Assembly: GCA_963778655.1 (NCBI GenBank)
Contig: CAVZVA010000009.1
Coordinates: 1,408,001-1,472,000, forward strand
From: an uncultured delta proteobacterium
GTDB taxonomy: Bacteria > Myxococcota_A > Polyangia > Polyangiales > JAFGIB01
Direction: 5' to 3'
DNA length: 64,000 nucleotides
Positions 8,993 to 19,190 of this stretch are shown here, one piece after another. Numbering within the stretch: position 1 is the first letter of the stretch; each line of letters opens with the position of its first letter. A program made the position numbers and the translations under genes. The notes beneath the pieces are model-generated. The model was not told the origin of the DNA and did not search any database. It worked only from the letters and a program-made list of their open reading frames with translations.

Positions 8993-10282
8993 GTGCTCGC
9001 GAATGCCTTCTTTGTCGCGGCCGAGTTCGCGTTCGCGCGTGTGCGGCCCAGCGCGCTCGAGGCCAGCATACGCGCCGGCGACGCGCGCGCCGCACGCGCG
9101 CTGGCGGTGACCCAGCGCCTGAGCGCCTACTTGCCTGCCACGCAGCTCGGCGTGACCGTGGCCTCGCTCGCGCTCGGTTGGCTCGGCGAGCCTGCGCTGG
9201 CCGCGCTGATCCACGCGCCGCTGGCCGGGCTCGGCCTGAGCGAGGGGGCGGTCCACGGCATCGCGGCCGCGGTCGGCTTCTCGGGCATCACCATGGTGCA
9301 CATCGTGGTGGGCGAGCTGGTTCCCAAATCGCTGGCCATCTTTCGACCCGAGCAGGTCTCGCGGCTGACCGCGGGCCCGATGACGGTCTTCCTGTACGCG
9401 ATGTATCCGGTGCTGTTCGTGCTCGCCCGGCTGTCGGCGTACCTGCTGCGCGGCGCCGGCCTCGAGGGCAACGGCGAGGCGGCGGGCAAGCTCACGGTCG
9501 ACGAGATCGGAATCATCGTCGAGGCATCCCTGGGCGACACCGACAAGGAACGCCTCAAACGCGATTTGCTCGAGCGGGTGTTGCGGGCTACCGATCGGCC
9601 GGTGCGCGCGTTGATGGTGCCGCGCGTTGACATGTACACGCTGCCGCTGACCGAGGGGCTCGAGCAGTGGAGCGACAAGGTGCGCAAGAGCGGCTTCAGC
9701 CGCTACCCCGTGACCGAGGACGGCAACCCCGACCACGTGGTCGGCTACATCTACGTCAAGGACCTGCTGCTGGCGCAGAAGCCAGCCAAGGGCGGGCCGC
9801 GCGCGCTCACGCGTGACATCCTGTTCCTGCCGGAGTCGCTCTCGGTGGGCGCGGCGTTGACCCGCTTCCAGCGTACCAACATCCCGATCGCGATCGTGGT
9901 CGACGAGTACGGCGGCACCAGTGGGCTGGTGACGATCGAGGACGTGGTCGAGGAGCTGGTCGGCGACATCCAGGACGAGCTCGACGTATCCATGCCCGCG
10001 ATCGAGCAGCGCGACGACGGCACGTTGATCGTGACCGGCGACCTGCCGGTGGGCGACCTGCCAATCGAGGCGTTCGAGCTCGACAGCCGCGCCCAGGGCG
10101 AGACTGTGGGCGGATTCATCATCGAGCAGCTCGGCCGCCTGGCCCACCCGGGCGACCGCGTTCAGATCGGCAAGTACGAGGCCACGGTCGAGGACGTGCG
10201 GCGGCGGCGAATCTGGCGCGTGGCGCTCAGACCGCACGAGCCGACGGTGCGCCCGCCGGCGACCAAGCCCGACCTCGCTTGA
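8993..10282 (+). CDS. Hemolysin-family / CNNM (DUF21-CBS-CorC) protein; true start possibly CTG at 8963
   Basis: NAFFVAAEFA, QLGVTVASLALGWLGEP, GELVPKS, MVPRVDM, SRYPV and VVDEYGGTSGLVTIEDVVEELVGDI motifs. Confidence 0.9.
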   Translation: MLANAFFVAAEFAFARVRPSALEASIRAGDARAARALAVTQRLSAYLPATQLGVTVASLALGWLGEPALAALIHAPLAGLGLSEGAVHGIAAAVGFSGITMVHIVVGELVPKSLAIFRPEQVSRLTAGPMTVFLYAMYPVLFVLARLSAYLLRGAGLEGNGEAAGKLTVDEIGIIVEASLGDTDKERLKRDLLERVLRATDRPVRALMVPRVDMYTLPLTEGLEQWSDKVRKSGFSRYPVTEDGNPDHVVGYIYVKDLLLAQKPAKGGPRALTRDILFLPESLSVGAALTRFQRTNIPIAIVVDEYGGTSGLVTIEDVVEELVGDIQDELDVSMPAIEQRDDGTLIVTGDLPVGDLPIEAFELDSRAQGETVGGFIIEQLGRLAHPGDRVQIGKYEATVEDVRRRRIWRVALRPHEPTVRPPATKPDLA

Positions 10283-10297
10283 ACCGCTTGCGGTGCG

Positions 10298-10957
10298 CTA
10301 TTCGGGCTCGCTGCGCGAGGTGGCGGGCTCGAACAGGTCCGCGAAGCGGCCCGCGAGCTGCGGCAGCTCGCCATGCAGGCGCCGGTGCTGCCATAGCGCC
10401 GAGGCGATCACGTCCATCGCGAACGCCACCGGGATCTCCTCGAGCTCGGCGCTCCAGGGCAGGTTGTTGGCCTGGCGCTTGACGTCGTTGACGGTGGCCA
10501 GCGGTACGAACAGCGTGTGCACCACGCCCTCGTTGCGCGTCCAGCCCAGGCCGAGCAGCTCGACGAAGTGGCCATAGAGCGGGCGCGCCAGCAGCGCCGC
10601 GCCCTCCGCGGCGTCCCCGGCCAGCAGCGCGCGGCAGGTCGCGTCGCAGCGCAGGCCTTCGCCGCCGCTGGCGGAGATGGCCGAGGCGATGTCGCGCGCG
10701 AGCTCGACGTCTTCCTCCACCGCGAGCAAGGGCGCCAGCACCGTGGCCGGACACATGTCTGCGGCGCGCGTATCGACGAGCACGGCCTCGATCAGCAGCT
10801 GGCGCTGCGCGCGCTCGAGCGCCGCGTATGCCAGCGCCAGTCCCTGCGCGGCGGATGCATTCTCGGCCGCGGCGACGAGCAGCGCGCTGAAGCGCTCGGT
10901 CGTCTCGGCCTTGGCCTTTGCGAGTGGAGGACGTCCCGTACGTCCCGAGCCGGACAT
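10298..10957 (-). CDS. Hypothetical protein
   Basis: Protein-like composition from MSGSGRTG; fills the gap between a convergent and a divergent gene. Confidence 0.6.
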   Translation of the reverse strand: MSGSGRTGRPPLAKAKAETTERFSALLVAAAENASAAQGLALAYAALERAQRQLLIEAVLVDTRAADMCPATVLAPLLAVEEDVELARDIASAISASGGEGLRCDATCRALLAGDAAEGAALLARPLYGHFVELLGLGWTRNEGVVHTLFVPLATVNDVKRQANNLPWSAELEEIPVAFAMDVIASALWQHRRLHGELPQLAGRFADLFEPATSRSEPE

Positions 10958-11065
10958 CGCCCGCGTATACACTCCGGGGGCCGCGAAGCAAACCAAAATC
11001 AGACGGCGATCGCAAACTTCGAGTTCTCGAATATCATACCGGTGACACAGGCGCGTGTCGCGCCC

Positions 11066-11099
11066 CGTGGATAACACGCTGATCGATCGTGGATAACAC
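11066..11099 (+). promoter_or_regulatory. 12-bp direct repeat CGTGGATAACAC x2 (22-bp period), DnaA-box-like
   Basis: Exact copies at 11066-11077 and 11088-11099. The reverse complement contains TTATCCACG, one mismatch from TTATCCACA. Confidence 0.45.
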
Positions 11100-11874
11100 T
11101 TCGCACGACAGCGAATTCATTCGACAGTACGACGCGTTCGTGCGCGGCATCGTGAAGCACACGCGCGCACAGCTCGGCATCGAGGGGGACGCGGAGGATC
11201 TGTTGGCGTTCGCATACCAGGGCCTGCTCGAAGCGCGGCAGCGCTTCGACCCCGCGCGCGGCGTGCAGTTCAAGTCGTTCGCCTATTACCGCGTTCGCGG
11301 AGCGGTGATGGACGGCGTCAGACGCATGGCCTACTTGCCGCGGCGCGCGTATGCGCGGTTGCGTGCTTCGGAGGCGGTCGACCTCGAGGCCGAAGCATGC
11401 ATGGACGCACGCGCGGGCTCGCCGGGCGCGCGGCACGACGTAGAGGGCGGCCTGCGCGCAATCGATGGCGTGTTGGGGCGCGTGGCAGCGGCCTACTGCA
11501 CGGCTGCGGCAGCCGCCGAAGGCGAACCGGTCGAGGGCGACCCGGAGCACGCGCTGTTCGCGCGCGAGCGCAGCGCGCTGCTGATGGACGCGCTGCAGAG
11601 CTTGTCCGAGCAAGAGCGAGCGCTGGTGCGCGGCCACTACCTCGAGGGTCGCGATTTCGACGACATCGCGAAGGAGCTCGGCCTGAGCAAGTCGTGGGCC
11701 AGCCGCCTGCACGGCCGCGCGCTCGAGCGGCTGAGAAAGCTGCTGGTTTCCTCGAGCCTGGATCGATCCGCAACCATGAGCCGGGCACGGCCGAGCGCGG
11801 CGAGACGATGTGCGGCGGAGCGCCGGCGGCTTCCGGCCTGGGCTCGAGGCGCAGCCAGCGCGTTGCTCGAGTAG
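11089..11874 (+). CDS. Sigma-70 family RNA polymerase sigma factor, FliA/WhiG-like
   Basis: Region 2 EDLLAFAYQGLLEARQRFDPARGVQFKSFAYYRVRGAVMDGVR; region 4 LSEQER...IAKELGLSKSWASRLHGRALERLR. Confidence 0.88.
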   Translation: MDNTSHDSEFIRQYDAFVRGIVKHTRAQLGIEGDAEDLLAFAYQGLLEARQRFDPARGVQFKSFAYYRVRGAVMDGVRRMAYLPRRAYARLRASEAVDLEAEACMDARAGSPGARHDVEGGLRAIDGVLGRVAAAYCTAAAAAEGEPVEGDPEHALFARERSALLMDALQSLSEQERALVRGHYLEGRDFDDIAKELGLSKSWASRLHGRALERLRKLLVSSSLDRSATMSRARPSAARRCAAERRRLPAWARGAASALLE

Positions 11875-11880
11875 CGCGCG

Positions 11881-14800
11881 GTGCGTCTAGCGCCCTTCAT
11901 TGCGTTCTTCTTCTCCGGGGCCTCCAGCCTGATCTTCCAGATGATCTGGAGTCGGCTGCTGCACCACGTGTTCGGCTCGTCCAGCGTGGCCATCTCGTCG
12001 GTGGTGAGCGTGTTCATGGGCGGCCTCGGTCTGGGCGCTTTTCTGTTCGGGCGTTACGCCGACCGCATCCGCCGGCCGCTGCTGCTCTACGCGTGGGCCG
12101 AGCTCGGGGTTGGCGCGTTTGCGCTCGCCGTGCCGCGGCTGGTGACGCAGGACGGCTGGCTCGCCGACGTCAACGCTATGCTGCGCACGCATCTCGATGC
12201 GCAGTCGCTCACCTTTGCGGTGGCGCGCTTCGTCTGCATCGTGCCGGTGCTGATCGTGCCCACCACGCTGATGGGCTCGACGTTGCCGCTGCTCTCGCGG
12301 CACTTCGTCGGCGCACGCGAGCACGCCGCCGAGGTCGGGCCGCGCGTGGGGGCGCTCTATGCGGTCAACACCGTGGGCGCCGTGCTCGGGGTGTTCCTGG
12401 CCGGCTTCGTGCTCATGCCTCGGATCGGCGTCGCTGCCACCAACTCGGTCGGCGTGAGCATGAACGTCGCGCTTTCGCTGGCCATCTTTGCGCTGCGCCG
12501 GCAGCTGGGCGAAGGCCGCGCGCCGCGCCCCGCCGCCGGCGAGGTCGCGCCGGCGGCGGCGGGCGAGTCCTCGGCCCCGGCCTTTCCGCCGCGCGTGCGG
12601 CAGGTCGCGGCGCTCGCGTTCGGGCTGTCGGGCTTCTGCTCCCTGCTCTACGAGGTGGTGTGGTCGCGCGCGCTGGTCAATACCATCGGGGGCTCGGTCT
12701 ACGCGTTCGCGCTGATCCTGATGACCTTTCTGATCGGCATCGCCGGCGGCAGCGGGGTCGCCGCCGCGGTCGTGCGCGAGTCGCGCCGCCCGCTGCGCGC
12801 GCCGTTCGCGATCGCCGCCGGGCTGTGCCTGGTCGCGCCGCTGCCTGCGGGCATGCGGCTCGGGCTCGGTAGCTGGGCGCTGGAGAGCGCGGGCTGCCTG
12901 GCGCTGCTGCTGCTGGGGGCGCTCGGCGCCAGCCGCGCGCTACGCGAGCGCGCGTTGCTGGAACAACCCGCGGGCGGCCGCGGACTGTTGCTGCGCGCCG
13001 AGCACGCGTTGCTGCTGCCGGCGCTGGCGGCGGCGGCAGGCAACGCGCTGTGGTTTCACGGGCGTCTGGAGTGGATGGTGCTCTCGGCCTTGCTCGCGAT
13101 CTCGGCGCTGCTTTCGTTGCTGCTGCTGCTCGAGCGCCGGCTGCTGTTGCTGCTGGCGATGGTGCAGATCTTCATCGCGGCCGCCACCTTCGTCAGCGAC
13201 CTGTGGGCCGACCAGATCTCGCTGACCTTCGCGGCGATGGTGGCGCCGTTTTATCACACGCTGGGCGAGCACGTGGACCGCGTGATGGCGATGATGCTGA
13301 CCACGGCGGCGCTGTGCGTGCTCCCGTCTGCTCTCGGCATGGGCGCCATGTTTCCGCTGACCATGCGCGTGTTCAGCGCGGGCGGCGCGCGCGTCGGGCG
13401 CGAGGTCTCGCTGGTCTACACGGCCAACACGCTCGGCTCGATCGTCGGCGCGTGGCTGCCCGGGTTCGTGCTGATGCCGAGCTTCGGGATGCAAGCGGCG
13501 CTGCACGTGGGCATCTCGATCAACCTGCTGCTCGGGGTGCTGGTGCTGCTGTTCGTGCGCGGCGCCGGCGAGCGCGGGCGCGGCGCCGCCTTCGCGGCCC
13601 TGCCGGTGGCGCTGGGGTTGATCGTTCTGCTGCGCTTCGCCGCCGAGCCGACCTCGCCGCTGGCCTGGAACCTGAGCAAGATGACGCTCGGGGTGTTCCG
13701 CATCTCGCTGGCCAAGGACGTGCTCGACCAGGAGACCTGGGGCGAGCCGGACCTGGTGTTCTACAAGGACGGGCTTTCCACCACCGTCTCGGTCGAGCGC
13801 TGGGGCCGCCACTACTCGCTCAAGAACAACGGCAAGGTCGAGGCCAGCAATGGCAACGACATGCCGACGCAGATCATGGTCGCGGCGCTGCCGCTGCTGC
13901 TGCACCCCAAGGGCGCGCGCGGGCTCGACGTCGCCATCATCGGGTTGGGCTCGGGCGTGACCGTGGGCGCGGCGCTGCAGTTTCCGGTGCGCGAGATCGA
14001 CGACATCGAGCTGGAGCGCGCAGTGGTGCAGGCGTCGCGCTACTTCGCCGACGTCAACCACCTGCGCTACGGGCGCCCCGCTTTTCCCTATCTGGACACG
14101 CCGCGGTTGCGGCTGATCAACGACGATGGCCGGAATTACCTGGCGAGCACTCCGCGGCGCTACGACTTGATCGTGGGCGAGCCCAGCAACCCCTGGCTGA
14201 CCGGCGTGGCCGATCTGTTCACCGCCGACCACTTCCGGCTGGCCAAGCGCAAGCTGCGCCCAGGCGGTCTGTATTGCGAATGGGTGCAGCTCTACGAGAT
14301 GAGCCCGCAGAACGTGAAGACCCTGTACCGCACCTTCGCCTCGCAGTTCCGCTACGTGCTGGTGTTCTCGTCGGAGGACCTGTCGAGCGACACCATCCTG
14401 ATCGGCTCCGATTCCCCGCTGCCGCTCGATCTCGGGCGCCTGCGCCGCGGCTTCGCCGACCCGGGCGTGGCCGCGGAGCTGGAGCGTGCGTACGTGCACT
14501 CGCCGTTCGACGTGCTGGCTCGGGTGCTGTTGTCGAGCCGACAGGAGGTGCTGCGCTACGCACAGATCGAGGAACGGCGCTACCACGGGCGCTTTCACCC
14601 GGTGGAGGCGTCGACCAACGTGGGGCGCTGCGCGCCGCCCGCCTGCCGGCGCCGGCCGGCGCCGATCAACACCGACGACAATGCGCGCATCGAGCTGGCC
14701 GCGCCGCGCGACCTGATCGGGTTCGAGCGCTACAAGGGCTATCTGCAGACCATCTACGCGGAGAGCTGGCCCTACGGCAGGCTGCGCGACCAGGTGCTCG

Positions 14801-15465
14801 GCATCGGTCGCGGCGTGGAAGCCTCGCGCAATCGGGCCGAGCTGGCGATGGCCCTGCTCGCGCACGGCCGCAAGCGGGAGGCCGGCGCGCTGCTTGCGCG
14901 CGCCGAGCGTGACGGTCCGAGCGACGCGCTGCGCCTGGCCAGCGCCATGCTGAACGCGCTCGGGCCTCGGCCGCACGAGCCGCCGCTGGGGCTGCTGCCG
15001 CCGCCGCTGGACTCCGCGATCGGCGCGCGTGCGAATCAGCGAATTCAACGCGGTTTCGCCGAGGTTTCGGATTGGCTCGCGCGCGGCGACGTCGCGCGCG
15101 CCAAGGCCACCATGCAGGCGATTCCCTCGTCGCTGGTGCGCTACGCTGGGGCGGGCATGCGCATGCTGCGCGCCTACACCCTGTACCGCACCGGGGACTT
15201 CGACATGGCCGTGGGCGAGCTCGAAGGCATTGCGCGCTCAGAGCCGGGTTTCACGCTCGATCATCCGCAGCTGTACTTTTTCTTGGGCCGTTCGCACGAC
15301 GCGTTGTTGCACTTCGACAAAGCGGTGCGCAGCATTCGTGTGTATGTCGAAGCCATGGCTCCTAAGCCGCAGCCGTCCGCGCCCCCATCCGGGCCGGGCG
15401 CGATCACGGACGCCGCTGGCGAGCCCGACGCGCGCCGGCAGGCCGCGCGCGCGCCCTCGCCGTGA
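11881..15465 (+). CDS. Fused MFS-like / spermidine synthase membrane protein with C-terminal TPR-like region
   Basis: FFFSGASSLIFQMIWSR, LMGSTLPLL, LYAVNTVGA repeated TM halves; IIGLGSGVT, DDGRNYL and EPSNPW SAM-binding motifs. Confidence 0.88.
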   Translation: MRLAPFIAFFFSGASSLIFQMIWSRLLHHVFGSSSVAISSVVSVFMGGLGLGAFLFGRYADRIRRPLLLYAWAELGVGAFALAVPRLVTQDGWLADVNAMLRTHLDAQSLTFAVARFVCIVPVLIVPTTLMGSTLPLLSRHFVGAREHAAEVGPRVGALYAVNTVGAVLGVFLAGFVLMPRIGVAATNSVGVSMNVALSLAIFALRRQLGEGRAPRPAAGEVAPAAAGESSAPAFPPRVRQVAALAFGLSGFCSLLYEVVWSRALVNTIGGSVYAFALILMTFLIGIAGGSGVAAAVVRESRRPLRAPFAIAAGLCLVAPLPAGMRLGLGSWALESAGCLALLLLGALGASRALRERALLEQPAGGRGLLLRAEHALLLPALAAAAGNALWFHGRLEWMVLSALLAISALLSLLLLLERRLLLLLAMVQIFIAAATFVSDLWADQISLTFAAMVAPFYHTLGEHVDRVMAMMLTTAALCVLPSALGMGAMFPLTMRVFSAGGARVGREVSLVYTANTLGSIVGAWLPGFVLMPSFGMQAALHVGISINLLLGVLVLLFVRGAGERGRGAAFAALPVALGLIVLLRFAAEPTSPLAWNLSKMTLGVFRISLAKDVLDQETWGEPDLVFYKDGLSTTVSVERWGRHYSLKNNGKVEASNGNDMPTQIMVAALPLLLHPKGARGLDVAIIGLGSGVTVGAALQFPVREIDDIELERAVVQASRYFADVNHLRYGRPAFPYLDTPRLRLINDDGRNYLASTPRRYDLIVGEPSNPWLTGVADLFTADHFRLAKRKLRPGGLYCEWVQLYEMSPQNVKTLYRTFASQFRYVLVFSSEDLSSDTILIGSDSPLPLDLGRLRRGFADPGVAAELERAYVHSPFDVLARVLLSSRQEVLRYAQIEERRYHGRFHPVEASTNVGRCAPPACRRRPAPINTDDNARIELAAPRDLIGFERYKGYLQTIYAESWPYGRLRDQVLGIGRGVEASRNRAELAMALLAHGRKREAGALLARAERDGPSDALRLASAMLNALGPRPHEPPLGLLPPPLDSAIGARANQRIQRGFAEVSDWLARGDVARAKATMQAIPSSLVRYAGAGMRMLRAYTLYRTGDFDMAVGELEGIARSEPGFTLDHPQLYFFLGRSHDALLHFDKAVRSIRVYVEAMAPKPQPSAPPSGPGAITDAAGEPDARRQAARAPSP

Positions 15466-15500
15466 GCCCGCGCACAGTGCCGGGGCAGCCCGCGCTCAGC

Positions 15501-15528
15501 TTGCAAATAGGCCCTGAATCGCTACAGT
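15501..15528 (+). promoter_or_regulatory. Putative sigma70 promoter of the gap operon
   Basis: TTGCAA-N16-TACAGT, followed by the SD AGGAG at 15555-15559. Confidence 0.4.
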
Positions 15529-15564
15529 TCGCAGCCCGCAAAACCACAGCATGCAGGAGCCCCG

Positions 15565-16578
15565 ATGGGCACGAAAATCGCAATCAATGGCTTTGGACGC
15601 ATCGGTCGCTGTGTCGCGCGGATCATGATCGAGCGAGGCGCAGGCGAGCTCGAGCTGGTCGGCATCAACGACCTCACCAACGCGGCCACCCTCGCCCACC
15701 TGTTGCAGTTCGACTCGGTGCACGGCGCGCTCGCGACCGAGGTCAGCGCGGTCGAAGGCGCGCTGATGATGGGCGGCCGCAAGGTGCCGATCACGGCGGA
15801 GCGGGATCCAGCCAAGCTGCCGTGGAAGAGTCTTGGCGCGGAGCTGGTGCTGGAGTGCACGGGGCTCTTCACCTCCAAGGAGAAGGCTTCGGCGCACCTG
15901 ACGGCCGGCGCCAAGCGCGTGATCATCAGCGCCCCGGGTGGCGCCGACGTCGACGCCACGCTGTGTGTCGGAATCAATCTCGAGTCCTACGCTCCGGCCA
16001 AGCACCATGTGGTGTCGAACGCGTCCTGCACCACCAACTGCCTCGCGCCGGTCGCGAAGGTGCTGCACGAGCGCTTCGGCATCCTCAAGGGTCATATGGT
16101 GACCGTGCACTCGTATACCAACGACCAGAACATCCTCGACCTGCCGCACAAGGACATGCGTCGCGCGCGCGCCGCGGCGATGTCGATGATCCCGACCAGC
16201 ACAGGCGCCGCCAAGGCGATCGGCCTGGTGCTGCCCGCGCTCAAGGGCAAGCTCGACGGCACCGCGATCCGCGTGCCCACGCCCGACGTGTCGATGGTCT
16301 GCCTCAGCGCGCACGTCGCCAAGAAGACCACGCGCGACGAGGTCAACCGAGCCTTCGAGGAAGCCGCGACTGGCGCGCTCAAGGGCGTGCTCGGCTACGA
16401 GACGCGGCCGCTGGTTTCGGTCGATTTCATCGGCAACCCACTCTCGTCGATCGTGGACGCGCCCCAAACCCAGGTGGTCGGCGAGGACCTGGTCGAGGTG
16501 CAGGCCTGGTACGACAACGAGTGGGGCTTCTCCAACCGTATGCTGGACCTCGCGCGCCACATGGCCGCCAAGGGATGA
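15565..16578 (+). CDS. gap: Glyceraldehyde-3-phosphate dehydrogenase, type I
   Basis: INGFGRIGR, SNASCTTNCLAP and WYDNEWGFS motifs. Confidence 0.97.
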   Translation: MGTKIAINGFGRIGRCVARIMIERGAGELELVGINDLTNAATLAHLLQFDSVHGALATEVSAVEGALMMGGRKVPITAERDPAKLPWKSLGAELVLECTGLFTSKEKASAHLTAGAKRVIISAPGGADVDATLCVGINLESYAPAKHHVVSNASCTTNCLAPVAKVLHERFGILKGHMVTVHSYTNDQNILDLPHKDMRRARAAAMSMIPTSTGAAKAIGLVLPALKGKLDGTAIRVPTPDVSMVCLSAHVAKKTTRDEVNRAFEEAATGALKGVLGYETRPLVSVDFIGNPLSSIVDAPQTQVVGEDLVEVQAWYDNEWGFSNRMLDLARHMAAKG

Positions 16579-16620
16579 CGCGCGACTGAGGGCTTCTGCG
16601 AGCAGCAGGACTCGACGGCC

Positions 16621-17808
<1,188 letters not shown>

Positions 17809-17857
17809 GACCAGCCGTGTCACGCATGGTCCTACAACGCTGCGGCGAGGCGCAGTC

Positions 17858-18646
17858 GTGAGCGCGGACGTACGCCGGCCCCTGGTGGTGGGCAACTGGA
17901 AGTTGCACAACACGGTAGCGGCGTCGCGCGCGCTGGTTGGAGCGCTGCAGGCACGACTCGGGCGCGGCGCGGGGGCGCCTCCGCGCGCGCAGGTCGCGGT
18001 GGCGCCCGTATTCACGGCGCTCGCGGCCGTCGGCGAGGCGCTCGCGGGCAGCGCGATCGGCCTGTGTGCGCAGGACGCGTACTGGGAGGCGCAGGGCGCG
18101 TTTACCGGGGAGGTCAGCGCGGCGCTGCTGCAGGACGCGGGCTGCAGCCACGTTATCGTCGGACATTCCGAGCGCAGGGCGCTGTTCGGCGAGCAAGACG
18201 GCGATGTCCGGCGCAAGGCAGCGGCCGTGCTGGCGGCCGGTATGGTGCCGATCGTGTGCGTGGGCGAGACGCTCGCGCAGCGCGAGGCCGGGCAGTCCGA
18301 GGCCCACGTGCTGCGCCAGGTCGCGGCCGCCCTCGATGGCCTGGATGCCGAGCAGGCCGCCCGCCTGGTCATCGCCTACGAGCCGATCTGGGCCATCGGC
18401 ACGGGCCGGACCGCGAAGCCGTCCGACGCGCAGCGCGTGCACGCGCAGGTCCGGGCCGAGGTCGGCCGCCGCTTCGGGTCGGCCCTGGCCGCAGGGGTGC
18501 GGATCCTGTACGGTGGCAGCGTCAAGCCCGACAACGTGCGGGCACTGATGGCCGAGCCGGACATCGACGGCTCCCTCGTCGGCGGAGCGTCGCTGGACGC
18601 GGACTCATTCGCGGCCATCGTGGCCGCAGCCGAACCTGTGCAGTAG
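17858..18646 (+). CDS. tpiA: Triosephosphate isomerase
   Basis: GNWK, GHSERR, AYEPIWAIGTG and YGGSV motifs. Confidence 0.96.
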   Translation: MSADVRRPLVVGNWKLHNTVAASRALVGALQARLGRGAGAPPRAQVAVAPVFTALAAVGEALAGSAIGLCAQDAYWEAQGAFTGEVSAALLQDAGCSHVIVGHSERRALFGEQDGDVRRKAAAVLAAGMVPIVCVGETLAQREAGQSEAHVLRQVAAALDGLDAEQAARLVIAYEPIWAIGTGRTAKPSDAQRVHAQVRAEVGRRFGSALAAGVRILYGGSVKPDNVRALMAEPDIDGSLVGGASLDADSFAAIVAAAEPVQ

Positions 18647-18648
18647 CC

Positions 18649-19170
18649 ATGGTCACCTTTCTCACCATCCTGTACGTGCTCGTCTGTGTGTTCTTGATCC
18701 TGGTCGTGCTGCTGCAGGCCGGCCGCGGGGGGGGCATGGGCGCGGCCTTCGGCGGCACCAGCCAGAGCGTGTTCGGCGGGGCCGGAGCCGGGAACTTCCT
18801 GACGCGCCTGACCGTGATCATGGCCGCGCTGTTCATGCTGCTCTCCGCCACGCTGGCGTTCATCTCCTCGAGCAGCGACAAGGCGCTCGAGAACGCCTCG
18901 CGGGCAATCAAGGCGCGGGAGGAAGCGCGCAAGCTCGGACCCAAGGAGAAGGCAGCCTCTTCGCAGAAGGGCGCGCAGAGCTCCTCGAGCGCTCCCGAAG
19001 AGGCTGCGCCCACGACCACGGCGCCCGCGACGCCCGCAACCACGGCGCCTGCGCCGGACACCGGGGAGCCCGCGGCCGGTGGCAACACGCCTGCAGGCGA
19101 GCCATCCCACGGCGAGCAGCCGGCCGAGGACCAGCCGGTGCCGCACGAGGCCAATCCCCCCAAGCCGTGA
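18649..19170 (+). CDS. secG: Preprotein translocase subunit SecG with low-complexity tail
   Basis: LILVVLLQAGRGGGMGAAFGG...NFLTRLT; canonical position after tpiA. Confidence 0.92.
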   Translation: MVTFLTILYVLVCVFLILVVLLQAGRGGGMGAAFGGTSQSVFGGAGAGNFLTRLTVIMAALFMLLSATLAFISSSSDKALENASRAIKAREEARKLGPKEKAASSQKGAQSSSSAPEEAAPTTTAPATPATTAPAPDTGEPAAGGNTPAGEPSHGEQPAEDQPVPHEANPPKP

Positions 19171-19190
19171 GGCCCTGAGGCACGGGCAGT

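Noticed and set aside
11755..11883. Read-through fusion of the sigma factor to the in-frame spermidine-synthase-like gene
   Set aside because: Both proteins look complete on their own; sharing a frame is a 1-in-3 coincidence and no recoding signal is visible.
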